Positions 8,042 through 17,308 of a DNA stretch of 64,000 bases are shown here, piece by piece (the first letter of the stretch is position 1; each line of letters begins with the position of its first letter). The stretch covers positions 1,824,001-1,888,000 of the forward strand of contig OZ242318.1 of NCBI GenBank assembly GCA_965208105.1, written 5' to 3'. A model generated the notes under the pieces. The model had not been told where the DNA came from and ran no database searches. It was given only the letters and a program-made list of their open reading frames with translations. The translations under genes were made by a program, and so were the position numbers. This DNA is from Candidatus Latescibacterota bacterium. GTDB taxonomy: Bacteria; Latescibacterota; UBA2968; UBA8231.

Positions 8042-9507
8042 TCTTCGGCGGCGGAGAAGAACCTTTTCACCACCTGGGAAGGGGGAGGCCTCGACAGCAG
8101 AGACCCGACGATCATGGCAGCGGCCGATGCGGCAAGAATGACAGCCGCCGGCATCACCCCCGCGTCACCCAGGGTATAGCCCGGAGTTCGCCACCCCTGA
8201 AAGAAGAAATAGCACCACAGGATCACCACGCTGACCACCGAGGCCAGAGCGCCGTACTTGGTACTGCGCTTCCAGAAGAGCGCGGCCACCACCACGGGAA
8301 AGAGCGCGGCGAATCCGCTGAAGGACCAGATGGCCAGTTTGAAGATGCTCCGCGCCGATACCAGGGAAAGCAAAAAGGTCAAGGCGAGAATGGCGACCAC
8401 GAAGAGTCTGCCCCAGAGAATCTGCTTCCTTTCGCTCATCCGGTCGTGAAACCCGTAGTGACGCACGATATCCTGGGTGAACATGGTCCCGATGGACAGC
8501 ACCTGCGAATCCAGCGACGACATGATGGCCGCGAAGACCCCCGCGGCGAGGAGGCCTGCCAGGACTTCCGGCGCATGCAGCTCGATCATCCTCACCAGGA
8601 CCGAATTTGCCTGCGCCCCCTTGAGATCGGGAAAATCGACGCTGCCCAGAACGCCGAGCAGCACGCTGGGGATCCAGACGACGGCGATACACAGCGGGTA
8701 GAACATCAGGGGGTAGCGGAAGGTCTGTGCGCTCCTGGCGGTGAGGCAGTGCATGAACATGTGGGGGAACATTCCCACCGAAAGCGGAATGCATGTATAG
8801 GTCAGCAGCTTGAGGGGCTTTATATGCTCGCCGCGAACGAGAAGCTCGGGATGATGTTCGGCGACCGATGACATGGCCTGAGTGAATCCCCCCATGCTGG
8901 AAACAATGGTGAAAAAAGCCACCCCGCCAAGTACCATGAACACCAGGGTCTGAAATGTATTGGCCCACGCCGTTCCGCGCAGACCACCGTAGCAGACGTA
9001 GGTCACGACCACGGCGCAGACCAGGAGTCCGCCCACCCACTCGGGGACCTGCCCGCCGCTGATCTGGTGCAAGGTGATTCCACCTCCCATTACCCCTATC
9101 AGGAGGTAGGGAATCACCAGGGCGATGAGGACGGCGAACAGCAGCAGGCCCAGGGCATCCGAATCCCAGCGCGCCCTGAAGTACTGCACCTGGGTGAGGA
9201 AGCCGTGCTCCTTGCCGAGCGCCCACACCCGCGTACCCACGAAGAAGAAGACGCAGGGAATGATCAGAGCGGAGGCGGAAGCCATCAGCCCGAAGACCCC
9301 GATTCCCTCATGGTAGGCCTCCCCCGAAGCGCCCAAGATAGCGAAGGCGGTCATGTTGGTGCCGAAAAGGGACATCAACAGCAGGAAGGGTCCGATACTG
9401 CGGCTGGCGACGAAGTAGTCTTCCCCGGTGCCGCGGAAGAACCGGTGGCTCAGGTTTCCCACCAGGAGCACGATGGCCAGATAGGCGAAGATTATCGCGA
9501 CAGTCAC
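8038..9507 (-). CDS. Sodium:solute symporter family permease
   Basis: EDYFVASRSIG, GGLRGTAW, AAIMSSLDSQ; ~13 TM; GTG start overlaps the upstream stop. Confidence 0.92.
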   Translation of the reverse strand: MTVAIIFAYLAIVLLVGNLSHRFFRGTGEDYFVASRSIGPFLLLMSLFGTNMTAFAILGASGEAYHEGIGVFGLMASASALIIPCVFFFVGTRVWALGKEHGFLTQVQYFRARWDSDALGLLLFAVLIALVIPYLLIGVMGGGITLHQISGGQVPEWVGGLLVCAVVVTYVCYGGLRGTAWANTFQTLVFMVLGGVAFFTIVSSMGGFTQAMSSVAEHHPELLVRGEHIKPLKLLTYTCIPLSVGMFPHMFMHCLTARSAQTFRYPLMFYPLCIAVVWIPSVLLGVLGSVDFPDLKGAQANSVLVRMIELHAPEVLAGLLAAGVFAAIMSSLDSQVLSIGTMFTQDIVRHYGFHDRMSERKQILWGRLFVVAILALTFLLSLVSARSIFKLAIWSFSGFAALFPVVVAALFWKRSTKYGALASVVSVVILWCYFFFQGWRTPGYTLGDAGVMPAAVILAASAAAMIVGSLLSRPPPSQVVKRFFSAAEE

Positions 9508-9728
9508 TGCTTTGCCTCCCCGTCGGAGTCCAGATGGCCGGGCCAGGCACAGGTGACCAGCAGCACCATCAGCAGGGCGGCCACCAGGCAGAAGCCGATG
9601 TGATAGAGCAGGCCGATGGGCAATCCCAGAACGAATCGAGAATCGTGCCAGAACCACAAGTCGTTGTGCAGGAAATAAAGGACGACTAGGGATAGATAAA
9701 GTAGTTTGCGGATAGATGAATTCTTCAA
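9504..9728 (-). CDS. Small SSS accessory membrane protein (DUF3311-like)
   Basis: 74 aa, 2 TM, HNDLWFW...LGLP, directly upstream of the SSS gene. Confidence 0.75.
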   Translation of the reverse strand: MKNSSIRKLLYLSLVVLYFLHNDLWFWHDSRFVLGLPIGLLYHIGFCLVAALLMVLLVTCAWPGHLDSDGEAKQ

Positions 9729-9750
9729 TGCAACTCCTTCCAGTGCCCCT

Positions 9751-10986
9751 TCAAAGGCCCAGCTCCCGACTTGCAGGCAGCCGGCACATCTGTGCCATCG
9801 GAGCGAATATGGAGTTCACGTCATCCTTGAAGATATCGCCGCTGAGGATGTCGATGACCCCCTGCTTGCACTGCGGATACTGTCTCAAGAACCCGGCGAA
9901 GCTGAACTTCCTGGTGTAGAATGCGTAGACCAGCTTGCGCACGGCCTCCATCCCCGCTGCGAACTCGGGGCCGAAGCCGCCCAATTGGGCTGGGCCGAAA
10001 TCCCCCTTTTCAAAGGCGCCGAGAATGGCGTCCGCCGCCCATTCCCCCGACTTGAGGGCCAGGAGAACACCAGAGGAATAAATGGGATCCAGGAATCCGA
10101 AGGCGTCGCCGACAAGGACCCAGCCATGGCCGGCGATGCGGTCGGCTCGATAGGAGAAGTCCCGGGTCACCTTGACCGGAAATACCTGCCGGGCACCGGC
10201 CAGGCGCCGCTTCAGAGCGGGACACCTTTCGACCTCCCGGTCGAAAATTTGCTGTGGTTCCTCCCGGCGGCCCTGCAGCAGATAGTGCAGCGACCCGACC
10301 ACCCCCACGCTCACCCGGTCGTCCGGAAGGGGTATGTACCAGAACCACGAATCCTCGTTCCTGGTGTGGAGGACGAGGGTGGCGCCGGCGTCCATGCCGG
10401 GGTCGCGCAGGCCCCCTTCGAAGTGGGTGTAGATCGACGCCTTCTTCAGCTCGGGCTCCGTGGTCTTGATCTTCAGCTTGCGCGCAATCAAGGCGCTCTG
10501 GCCCGTCGCGTCGACCACCACCTTCGCCCCGAACTCCTCCGAACGGCCCCCTGCGCCCCGGGCTAGCACCCCAACCGCCCGGTCCCCTTCGAATCGCACC
10601 TCCCGGACGTTGACCCCGCGCCGCACCTCCGCGCCCTTCCCGGCGGCGTTGTCGAGCAGAATCTGGTCGAACTCGCTGCGCAGGACCTGCCAGGTCATCG
10701 AGCTTTCGTGGGGATTGGTCTCGAAGAAGTAGAAGGGCCTGGAGCCTCTGCCCGTCCGGGAGAAAAACTGGACGCTGTATTTCTCGGGGAAACGGCCGGC
10801 CTTCAACTTGTCCAGCACACCAAGCCTTTCCAGGGTCCAATACGTTCCCGGCATCAGGGACTCGCCGATCTTGAAACACGGTCCCGGCGCCCTCTCCAGC
10901 AGCATCACCCTGAGTCCCTGCTCGGCCGCGAGGGCCGCCACGGTGCTTCCCGCCGGCCCGCCCCCGACGACGACGACGTCATTCAA
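9751..10986 (-). CDS. FAD-dependent halogenase-like oxidoreductase
   Basis: GGGPAG, IGESL, FPEK (candidate catalytic Lys), WFWYIP, GDAFGFLDPIYSSG. Confidence 0.8.
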   Translation of the reverse strand: MNDVVVVGGGPAGSTVAALAAEQGLRVMLLERAPGPCFKIGESLMPGTYWTLERLGVLDKLKAGRFPEKYSVQFFSRTGRGSRPFYFFETNPHESSMTWQVLRSEFDQILLDNAAGKGAEVRRGVNVREVRFEGDRAVGVLARGAGGRSEEFGAKVVVDATGQSALIARKLKIKTTEPELKKASIYTHFEGGLRDPGMDAGATLVLHTRNEDSWFWYIPLPDDRVSVGVVGSLHYLLQGRREEPQQIFDREVERCPALKRRLAGARQVFPVKVTRDFSYRADRIAGHGWVLVGDAFGFLDPIYSSGVLLALKSGEWAADAILGAFEKGDFGPAQLGGFGPEFAAGMEAVRKLVYAFYTRKFSFAGFLRQYPQCKQGVIDILSGDIFKDDVNSIFAPMAQMCRLPASRELGL

Positions 10987-12305
10987 CGACTGTTCCTCCT
11001 CATGGGTGCTCCATCCGGCTCGGCATTCCAGCGGCGGTCCACGACACGCCTGGCCTTGAATTCAAAGCGCGGCAACGACCCTCCTGGAACGATCTCGACC
11101 TCCACCCGCAACCCCAGGACACGGCGAAACTCCCTGGCGATGGCCGGTCCTGTCCCCTCCCCGTTGCCCCCGGCAACCTCCACCTGGATCCTGAGCTCGT
11201 CGAGCTCCCCGCGGCGGTAGGCCTCCACCGCGAACTCACCCACCACTGGAAAGCGCCGCACGATATTCTCGATGGCGCTGGGATAGACCACCGTGCCGCG
11301 GATGACGAGGGCGTCGTCCATGCGGCCGACCACTCCTCCCGCAAGGCGCTGCAACGAGCGGCCACAGGAACAGGGGTGGCTGTGCAGCCGCACCCTGTCA
11401 CCGGTGCGATAGCGAATGGCAGGCATGCCTGCGCGACCCAGGTTGGTGATCACCAGCTCGCCCTCGGCGGCCGCCTCTCCCGTACCGGGGTCCACCACCT
11501 CGAAGATGAACTCGTGCTCGTTGAGATGCATACCTTCTCTCGCCCCGCACTCGAACCCCCACGCCCCCACCTCGGTGGCACCGGCGTGGTCGAAGCACCG
11601 GGCGCCCCAGGCCTCCTCGATGCGCTTCCTCGTCGCCCCCATACCGGCTCCGGGCTCACCAGCGTGAATGGTAGTCCGCACCCTGGAGTCCGCGAGGCTG
11701 ATGCCCGCCCCGGCGGCGATCTCGGCCAGGTGCAGAGCATAGGTGGGGGTGCAGACCACCACCGTGGCTCCTTCCTCCACAATGGCCCTCACCCGCGACT
11801 CGGAGTCCATCCCCCCGCCCGGAATGGCAAGGGCCCCGACCAGCCGCGCGCCCTCATATCCGCTCCAGAAGCCGATGAAGGGGCCGAAGGAGAAGGCGAA
11901 GAAAATGCTGTCGCCCGCCCCCACTCCGGCGCCCGCGTAGACCGCCGCCCAGCAGCGCGCCCACCACCGCCAGCAGTCTTCCGTATCCAGCCAGCGCAGG
12001 GAGGACCCGGAGGTTCCCGATGTCCGGTGAATGCGGACGTAGCGCTGCAGGGAATAGGTGAGGTTGGAGCCGAACGGGGGATGGTCCAACTGGTCAGCAC
12101 TGAATTCATCCCTCGTGGTGAAGGGCAGAGAGCGGTAGGTTTCGAGGCTGTGCACATCTTGCGGTCTTTCGATTCCCGCCCCATTGAGCTTGCGGCGGTA
12201 GAAGGCATTGGTCTCCAGAATGGGGGCGAGCATTTCCTGCAGTCGGCGCAACTGCTCCCGCTCCAGGTGTTCGCGATGGGAAGGCACCACCATAGCGGCG
12301 CTCAT
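10983..12305 (-). CDS. Phenylacetate-CoA ligase (PaaK)-family adenylating enzyme
   Basis: RTSGTSG, HAGEPG, DHAGATE, RYRTGD, GRMDD. Confidence 0.88.
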   Translation of the reverse strand: MSAAMVVPSHREHLEREQLRRLQEMLAPILETNAFYRRKLNGAGIERPQDVHSLETYRSLPFTTRDEFSADQLDHPPFGSNLTYSLQRYVRIHRTSGTSGSSLRWLDTEDCWRWWARCWAAVYAGAGVGAGDSIFFAFSFGPFIGFWSGYEGARLVGALAIPGGGMDSESRVRAIVEEGATVVVCTPTYALHLAEIAAGAGISLADSRVRTTIHAGEPGAGMGATRKRIEEAWGARCFDHAGATEVGAWGFECGAREGMHLNEHEFIFEVVDPGTGEAAAEGELVITNLGRAGMPAIRYRTGDRVRLHSHPCSCGRSLQRLAGGVVGRMDDALVIRGTVVYPSAIENIVRRFPVVGEFAVEAYRRGELDELRIQVEVAGGNGEGTGPAIAREFRRVLGLRVEVEIVPGGSLPRFEFKARRVVDRRWNAEPDGAPMRRNSR

Positions 12306-12363
12306 TCGACCCACATGGCCCTGCCGGATCCATGGGCATCCACCACGCCGGGCGAGGGAACCA

Positions 12364-13638
12364 TCAGCCCGATCCCTTCAAATCCAGGCAGATGATCTGC
12401 TCCTCGTTGCGCAGGTAGAGCCTGCCCCTGGCCAGGGCCGGCATGGTCCAGCATTTTCCGCTCAGCACCTGGGCACTGGCTTTCTCTACAAATCCCTCCG
12501 GGGTCGCCCGGGCGAGGGCCAACCTGCCACTTTCCCCGAGGATAATCAGATGTCCGTCGGCGACTATCAAGGTGCCCTTGCCAAAGCCGCGGTGCCTCCA
12601 CCGCTGGGCGCCGCTGGCGGCATCGATGCACTTCAGAATCGCGTTGTCGAAACCGTACAGGTGATCCTCGTGCAGCACCGAAGAGGAAAACTGGTTCTTC
12701 ATCACCCGGCCGCTCCAGACTTCCTGGACTTCAAGGCCGCCTTCAACCACGTCGACCTTCACCATGGCAGCCCCCTTGTCGTATCCGGAGGAAATGAAGA
12801 TTCTGTCGGGGGGGACGAAAATCGGAGTGGCGGCATTGACATCGTAGCTCGTGTCCCAGGGATAGGTCCAGTAGACGCGGCCTTCCGCCGGCGAGACCGA
12901 AGCCAGTCCCATGGCGGTGAAAAAAACGATCTGGCGAACTCCGCCCGCGCTGACCGAAATCGGCGACGAGTAGGCTGATTTGCCCGCCGCCGCAGTCCAG
13001 ACCAGGTCGCCGGTTTCCTTGTCGAAGGCGGCGATGGTCTGCCCCGCGTCCGACCTGGCCAGAGGGTTCGCCCAGGACCTTCCCTCCGGTCCACCTGTCT
13101 CGACCAGGAGGAGTTCTCCTTCGACCAGTGGAGAGGCGCAATATCCCCACCTGGGAGTTTTGCCGCCGAACCTCTCTTTCAGATCGCACTCCCACAGCAA
13201 CTGGCCGCTTTCGGCGTTCAAGGCGGTGAGCCTGCCGCGGGCGCTGACAGCGAAGACCCGGCCGCCGTCGACGGCCGGGGTGGAACGCGGGCCATGGCCT
13301 CCCTGGTGGTCCTCGAAGATTTCGTCCGACTCGAACTTCCAGATCTCCTTGCCCGTCTCCGCGTCCAGGCCGATGACGTATTCGGCGCCATCCCGGGCGA
13401 ACATGGTAAAAGCGCGTCCCCCGTCAACCGCAATGGCGGAGAAGCCTTCTCCCGCCTGAAACCGCCACAAAGTCTGCGGTCCCCCAGGGGGCCACGTCTT
13501 GAGCAATCCGGTCTCGGGAGATACTCCGTCCCGTTGGGCGCCGCGCCACTGCGGCCATTCATCTCCGGCCTCGGAACGGGACTCGGCCACGGACAAAAGG
13601 ACACCTGTCAATCCAATCAATAAGATCCTTCGCTGCAT
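12364..13638 (-). CDS. Secreted PQQ-binding-like beta-propeller protein
   Basis: Signal peptide, WPQWRG motif, repeated DAETG..IW blades; GGAGG RBS. Confidence 0.85.
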   Translation of the reverse strand: MQRRILLIGLTGVLLSVAESRSEAGDEWPQWRGAQRDGVSPETGLLKTWPPGGPQTLWRFQAGEGFSAIAVDGGRAFTMFARDGAEYVIGLDAETGKEIWKFESDEIFEDHQGGHGPRSTPAVDGGRVFAVSARGRLTALNAESGQLLWECDLKERFGGKTPRWGYCASPLVEGELLLVETGGPEGRSWANPLARSDAGQTIAAFDKETGDLVWTAAAGKSAYSSPISVSAGGVRQIVFFTAMGLASVSPAEGRVYWTYPWDTSYDVNAATPIFVPPDRIFISSGYDKGAAMVKVDVVEGGLEVQEVWSGRVMKNQFSSSVLHEDHLYGFDNAILKCIDAASGAQRWRHRGFGKGTLIVADGHLIILGESGRLALARATPEGFVEKASAQVLSGKCWTMPALARGRLYLRNEEQIICLDLKGSG

Positions 13639-13669
13639 TGCGACCTCCCGGATTCTCCTGCACCGCATT

Positions 13670-15019
13670 TCAGGTATAGCGGGCGTTGCGGTAGCGTGGA
13701 TGATAGAACTCAGGCAACAGCTGATCCACCCGGAGCAGCCCCTCGCGCGTCAGCTCGACTTCTTCCGCATCCCAGGCCAGCATCCCTTCGTCATGCAACT
13801 TTGCGAATGCCCTCCGGTAAGCTTCGAGGACATCCACGCCGAACTTATCCCGGAAATAGCTTCTCGCCAGCTTCCCGAGCTTCAACTGCAGGATCATTTC
13901 CCGGGTAAGGCGCTCCTCGGCGCTGGTGGCAAAGGCGCGGTCGAGGGGCAACCGACCTTCCGCCAGGGCGGCGATATAGCCGTCCCAGTCGGCGGCATTC
14001 TGATAGTGCAGCCCTCCAAGGTGAGAGAAGGAAGCCACTCCGGCCCCGATCATGTCGCTGCTCCGCCACAGCGCATCCCGGTATACGAAGGAGCATTTCC
14101 GGCCTTTTTTCACCATGGTATAGGCGCTGGAAACCTCGTATCCGGCCGCCTCGAGACGCTCGAAGGCATGGTCGTGCCACGACCGCTTGGTTTCCCAGTC
14201 AGCAAACCGGCTCTCCTGCCCTCCCCCCGCCAGCGCCGCCCTGGAATAGATCGTGTTGAAGGGCAATTCCATCTGATACACGGTCACGCTGTCCGCATCC
14301 ATCTCGATGGTCTTCTCCACCGTGTCCTTCCAGGTCTCCCAGGTCTCTCCCACCATCCCCGCAATCAGGTCGACGTTCACCTGATCGAATTCGAGGGCCT
14401 TGATCCACGGAGCCACGGCAAAGACTTCGCCGGAGAGATGGGCCCTGCCGTTTTCCCGCAAAATGTCGTCGTTGAAATTCTCCACTCCCAGGCTCAGCCT
14501 GGTGACGCCGATGTCCTTTATGGCTTCCAGCTTTGCCCGGGTCAGGGTCCCGGGCTCGCATTCGAAGGCCACTTCCTCCGCCCCGTCCCAGGGCCGGGCC
14601 GCTTTGATCCGCCGAACGAGGCCCCGCAAATCTCTGCTGCCGATGAAGGAAGGGGTTCCTCCCCCGAAGTAGACGAAGCGCAAGGTCCTCCCCGCAGTCC
14701 GCGGCATGGCTGCGTAGATCTCCACCTCCCTGGCCAGGGCATCGAGGTAGCTGCGGATCTCGGCGCCGGTCTTGTCGACGTAGACGCGGAAATAGCAGAA
14801 CTTGCAGCGCCTGCGGCAAAACGGAATGTGCAGATACAGTCCCAGGTCCGGCGGGGACGGACCGGGAGGAGATCCGAGGACCTCCTTCACACGGGGAAGG
14901 CTTTCCCTGCTCCAGAATGAATAAGGCGGATAGTTGGAGACGAAGACGCTGCCGACATCCGTCTCCACCGCCGCAGTCGGCGTGGTAGCCGGATCCGATT
15001 GCACCTGGGGGTTACTCAT
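13670..15019 (-). CDS. HemN-like radical SAM enzyme
   Basis: LYLHIPFCRRRCKFC (CxxxCxxC), YFGGGTPS, RLSLGV, VDLIAG. Confidence 0.9.
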   Translation of the reverse strand: MSNPQVQSDPATTPTAAVETDVGSVFVSNYPPYSFWSRESLPRVKEVLGSPPGPSPPDLGLYLHIPFCRRRCKFCYFRVYVDKTGAEIRSYLDALAREVEIYAAMPRTAGRTLRFVYFGGGTPSFIGSRDLRGLVRRIKAARPWDGAEEVAFECEPGTLTRAKLEAIKDIGVTRLSLGVENFNDDILRENGRAHLSGEVFAVAPWIKALEFDQVNVDLIAGMVGETWETWKDTVEKTIEMDADSVTVYQMELPFNTIYSRAALAGGGQESRFADWETKRSWHDHAFERLEAAGYEVSSAYTMVKKGRKCSFVYRDALWRSSDMIGAGVASFSHLGGLHYQNAADWDGYIAALAEGRLPLDRAFATSAEERLTREMILQLKLGKLARSYFRDKFGVDVLEAYRRAFAKLHDEGMLAWDAEEVELTREGLLRVDQLLPEFYHPRYRNARYT

Positions 15020-16127
15020 TCTCTGGCTCCAGCTCGCCGAAACAGAAGAGGATTCCCTCCTCCGAGCCCACGACCAGCCTGCCTCCCGCGATACTGGGCG
15101 AGGCGGTTATGGACGATCCCGTCACGAATTCCCATACCTGCTCTCCAGACTCCATGTCGAGGGCGCCGAGCACCCCTCCCGTGGTCGCGAAAAAGACCCG
15201 CTCGCCGGCGATGACAGGAGAGGAATCCAGCCTCGTCTTCGCCGCAAAGGACCACAGAAGCTCACCGCCGGGGGCATTGAAGGCGCGCACCATCCTGTCC
15301 CTGCCCGCGACGACGATTCTCTCCCCGGTTACCGCGGCCGACGCGTAGAAGGGAAAGGACCGCAGGGGATCCTTGAAACGCCAGAATATCCTGCCGCCGG
15401 TCAAGTCGATGCCCAGCACCTCGTCGGAGAAGGTTCCCACGTAGACGCGGCCGCCGGCCACCGCCGGAGAAGCGCCGACGTAAGCTCCCAGGTCGATCCT
15501 CTTCTCCTCGGTGCCGTCTTGCAGGTCGACGAGGTGCAGAAAACCGTCGCAGCCTCCGACGACGACCGTGTTTCCGGACAGCGCCGGCGTTCCATGAATA
15601 TATCCATCCGTCTCCAATTTCCAAATCAGGGTTCCGGCCCCGGCGGACAGACAGTACAGATGGTGGTCATAGGATCCGAATATAATCCGGCCGGCCGAAA
15701 AATTCGCCGAAGAAATTATGCCTGCATCGGTGTGGAAGCTCCACCTGGGCTCGCCGGACCCGGCATCCACCGCGTGGAAGAGCCCGGACTCGTCTCCAAA
15801 GTAGACCGCGCCGGAGTGCACGGCCGGTGAGGACTTTATCTGGTCCGATGCCCGGTATCTCCATTTCAGCTCCCCGCTTTCGAGATCAATGGCATATAGA
15901 TAGCCATCCAGGGAGCCGACGTAGGCCGTCCCTTCCCATAGCGCGGCGGTCGACTCGATGCCCTCTCCCGCCGCGAAGGTCCACAACAGCCCGGGACGGG
16001 AGGTCACGCCTCCTTCCGCCACCCCCGTCAGCTGGGGATTGCCGCGAAAACTGTTCCAGCGGTCCTGGGCGAGGACGATTTGCCCCGGAATGGCGAGAAC
16101 GGCGATCCAGAGGAATTTCCCGACCAT
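15012..16127 (-). CDS. Secreted PQQ-like/BamB-like beta-propeller protein
   Basis: Signal peptide, WNSFRGN, eight regular SSP..G..YxG..DG.LY blades. Confidence 0.85.
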   Translation of the reverse strand: MVGKFLWIAVLAIPGQIVLAQDRWNSFRGNPQLTGVAEGGVTSRPGLLWTFAAGEGIESTAALWEGTAYVGSLDGYLYAIDLESGELKWRYRASDQIKSSPAVHSGAVYFGDESGLFHAVDAGSGEPRWSFHTDAGIISSANFSAGRIIFGSYDHHLYCLSAGAGTLIWKLETDGYIHGTPALSGNTVVVGGCDGFLHLVDLQDGTEEKRIDLGAYVGASPAVAGGRVYVGTFSDEVLGIDLTGGRIFWRFKDPLRSFPFYASAAVTGERIVVAGRDRMVRAFNAPGGELLWSFAAKTRLDSSPVIAGERVFFATTGGVLGALDMESGEQVWEFVTGSSITASPSIAGGRLVVGSEEGILFCFGELEPENE

Positions 16128-16185
16128 ATCGCTCCCTTCCGCCTTTCCCTGAAATGAGGTTCCGGAAGCGGTTTCGACGCGGCCT

Positions 16186-17301
16186 TCAGAACGACGATTC
16201 GAAGAGTTGCAGCCAATCTTCCTCATCCAACGGACGCGGATTGAACTTCCCGGTCCACTGAGAGGCGGCCTCACCGGCCAGGCCCGGCAGGTCGGAGCTG
16301 CCGACCCCGCAATCCCCAAGGCGCCGAGGCAGCGCAGCCGCAAGCTGCAATTCAACGATGCGCTCGACCAATTTCTCCGCGCTGCCTTGCAGGTCCCGGT
16401 ACAATTCCTCCACAACGGCGCTGTTGAAGCGGACCACGGCAGGAAGCATGATCCCGACGGCTTCCCCGTGGGGGATTCCGTACGCGGCCGTCAACGGATT
16501 GGCGCAGGCGTGGGCCGCGCCCAGCATGGAGCTCTCGATGGCGGCGCCGGCCAAGTGCGCCCCCAGCAACATCCGGCCCCATGGCTCCACCTCCCCAGAT
16601 GGGTCCAGGACCGACTCGAAACTTGGTTCCAGCAGGCGCCAGGCCTCCCTGGAGAACATGGCGGAGACCGGGTTCCTCCGGGTGGTCACGAAGCTCTCCA
16701 GGGCGTGAGCGATGGCGTCGATCCCGGCGGCCGCGACCACCCGCGGCGGCGCGCTTTGGACCAGCAGAGGATCGAGAATGACGGCGCCGAACCGCGCCTT
16801 CTCGTCGCCGCAGGCCATTTTCCGATGGGTATCCGCCTGGGCGATCAGCGCGAAGGACTGAGCCTCGCTGCCGCTGCCCGCGGTAGTCGGGATCCCCATG
16901 GACGGCAGCATGGGAAGGTCCGCCCTGCCCGCGCCCCAGTAGTCCTCCATGCGGCCGCCCTGGGTGAGGAGGAAGTTTATTCCCTTGGCGCAGTCCATGG
17001 CACTGCCTCCGCCGAGACCTGCAATGAAGTCGATGCCATCCTGCTGCCTTGCAAAATGGACGCCCGCTTCCACCTCGCGCGTCGTCGGGTTTTCCACCAC
17101 CCCGTCGAACACGAAGTGCTCGATGGATTCGCGCTGCATGGACCGGATGGCCCTGAGGGCAATGCCAGCCCGGGCGACGCCGGGGTCGGTGACGAGCATG
17201 ACCCGGCGCCCCCCCAGCTTCCTGATCAGGCTCCCCAACCCATCCAGGGTATTCGCACCGAAAACCAGGTGCGCGCCAGGATGAAGGACAAATGGACCCA
17301 A
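16186..17301 (-). CDS. Iron-containing (family III) alcohol dehydrogenase
   Basis: GGGSAMD, PTTAGSGSE, DAIAHALE, HACAN, IPHG. Confidence 0.92.
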   Translation of the reverse strand: MGPFVLHPGAHLVFGANTLDGLGSLIRKLGGRRVMLVTDPGVARAGIALRAIRSMQRESIEHFVFDGVVENPTTREVEAGVHFARQQDGIDFIAGLGGGSAMDCAKGINFLLTQGGRMEDYWGAGRADLPMLPSMGIPTTAGSGSEAQSFALIAQADTHRKMACGDEKARFGAVILDPLLVQSAPPRVVAAAGIDAIAHALESFVTTRRNPVSAMFSREAWRLLEPSFESVLDPSGEVEPWGRMLLGAHLAGAAIESSMLGAAHACANPLTAAYGIPHGEAVGIMLPAVVRFNSAVVEELYRDLQGSAEKLVERIVELQLAAALPRRLGDCGVGSSDLPGLAGEAASQWTGKFNPRPLDEEDWLQLFESSF

Positions 17302-17308
17302 GGGGGAA

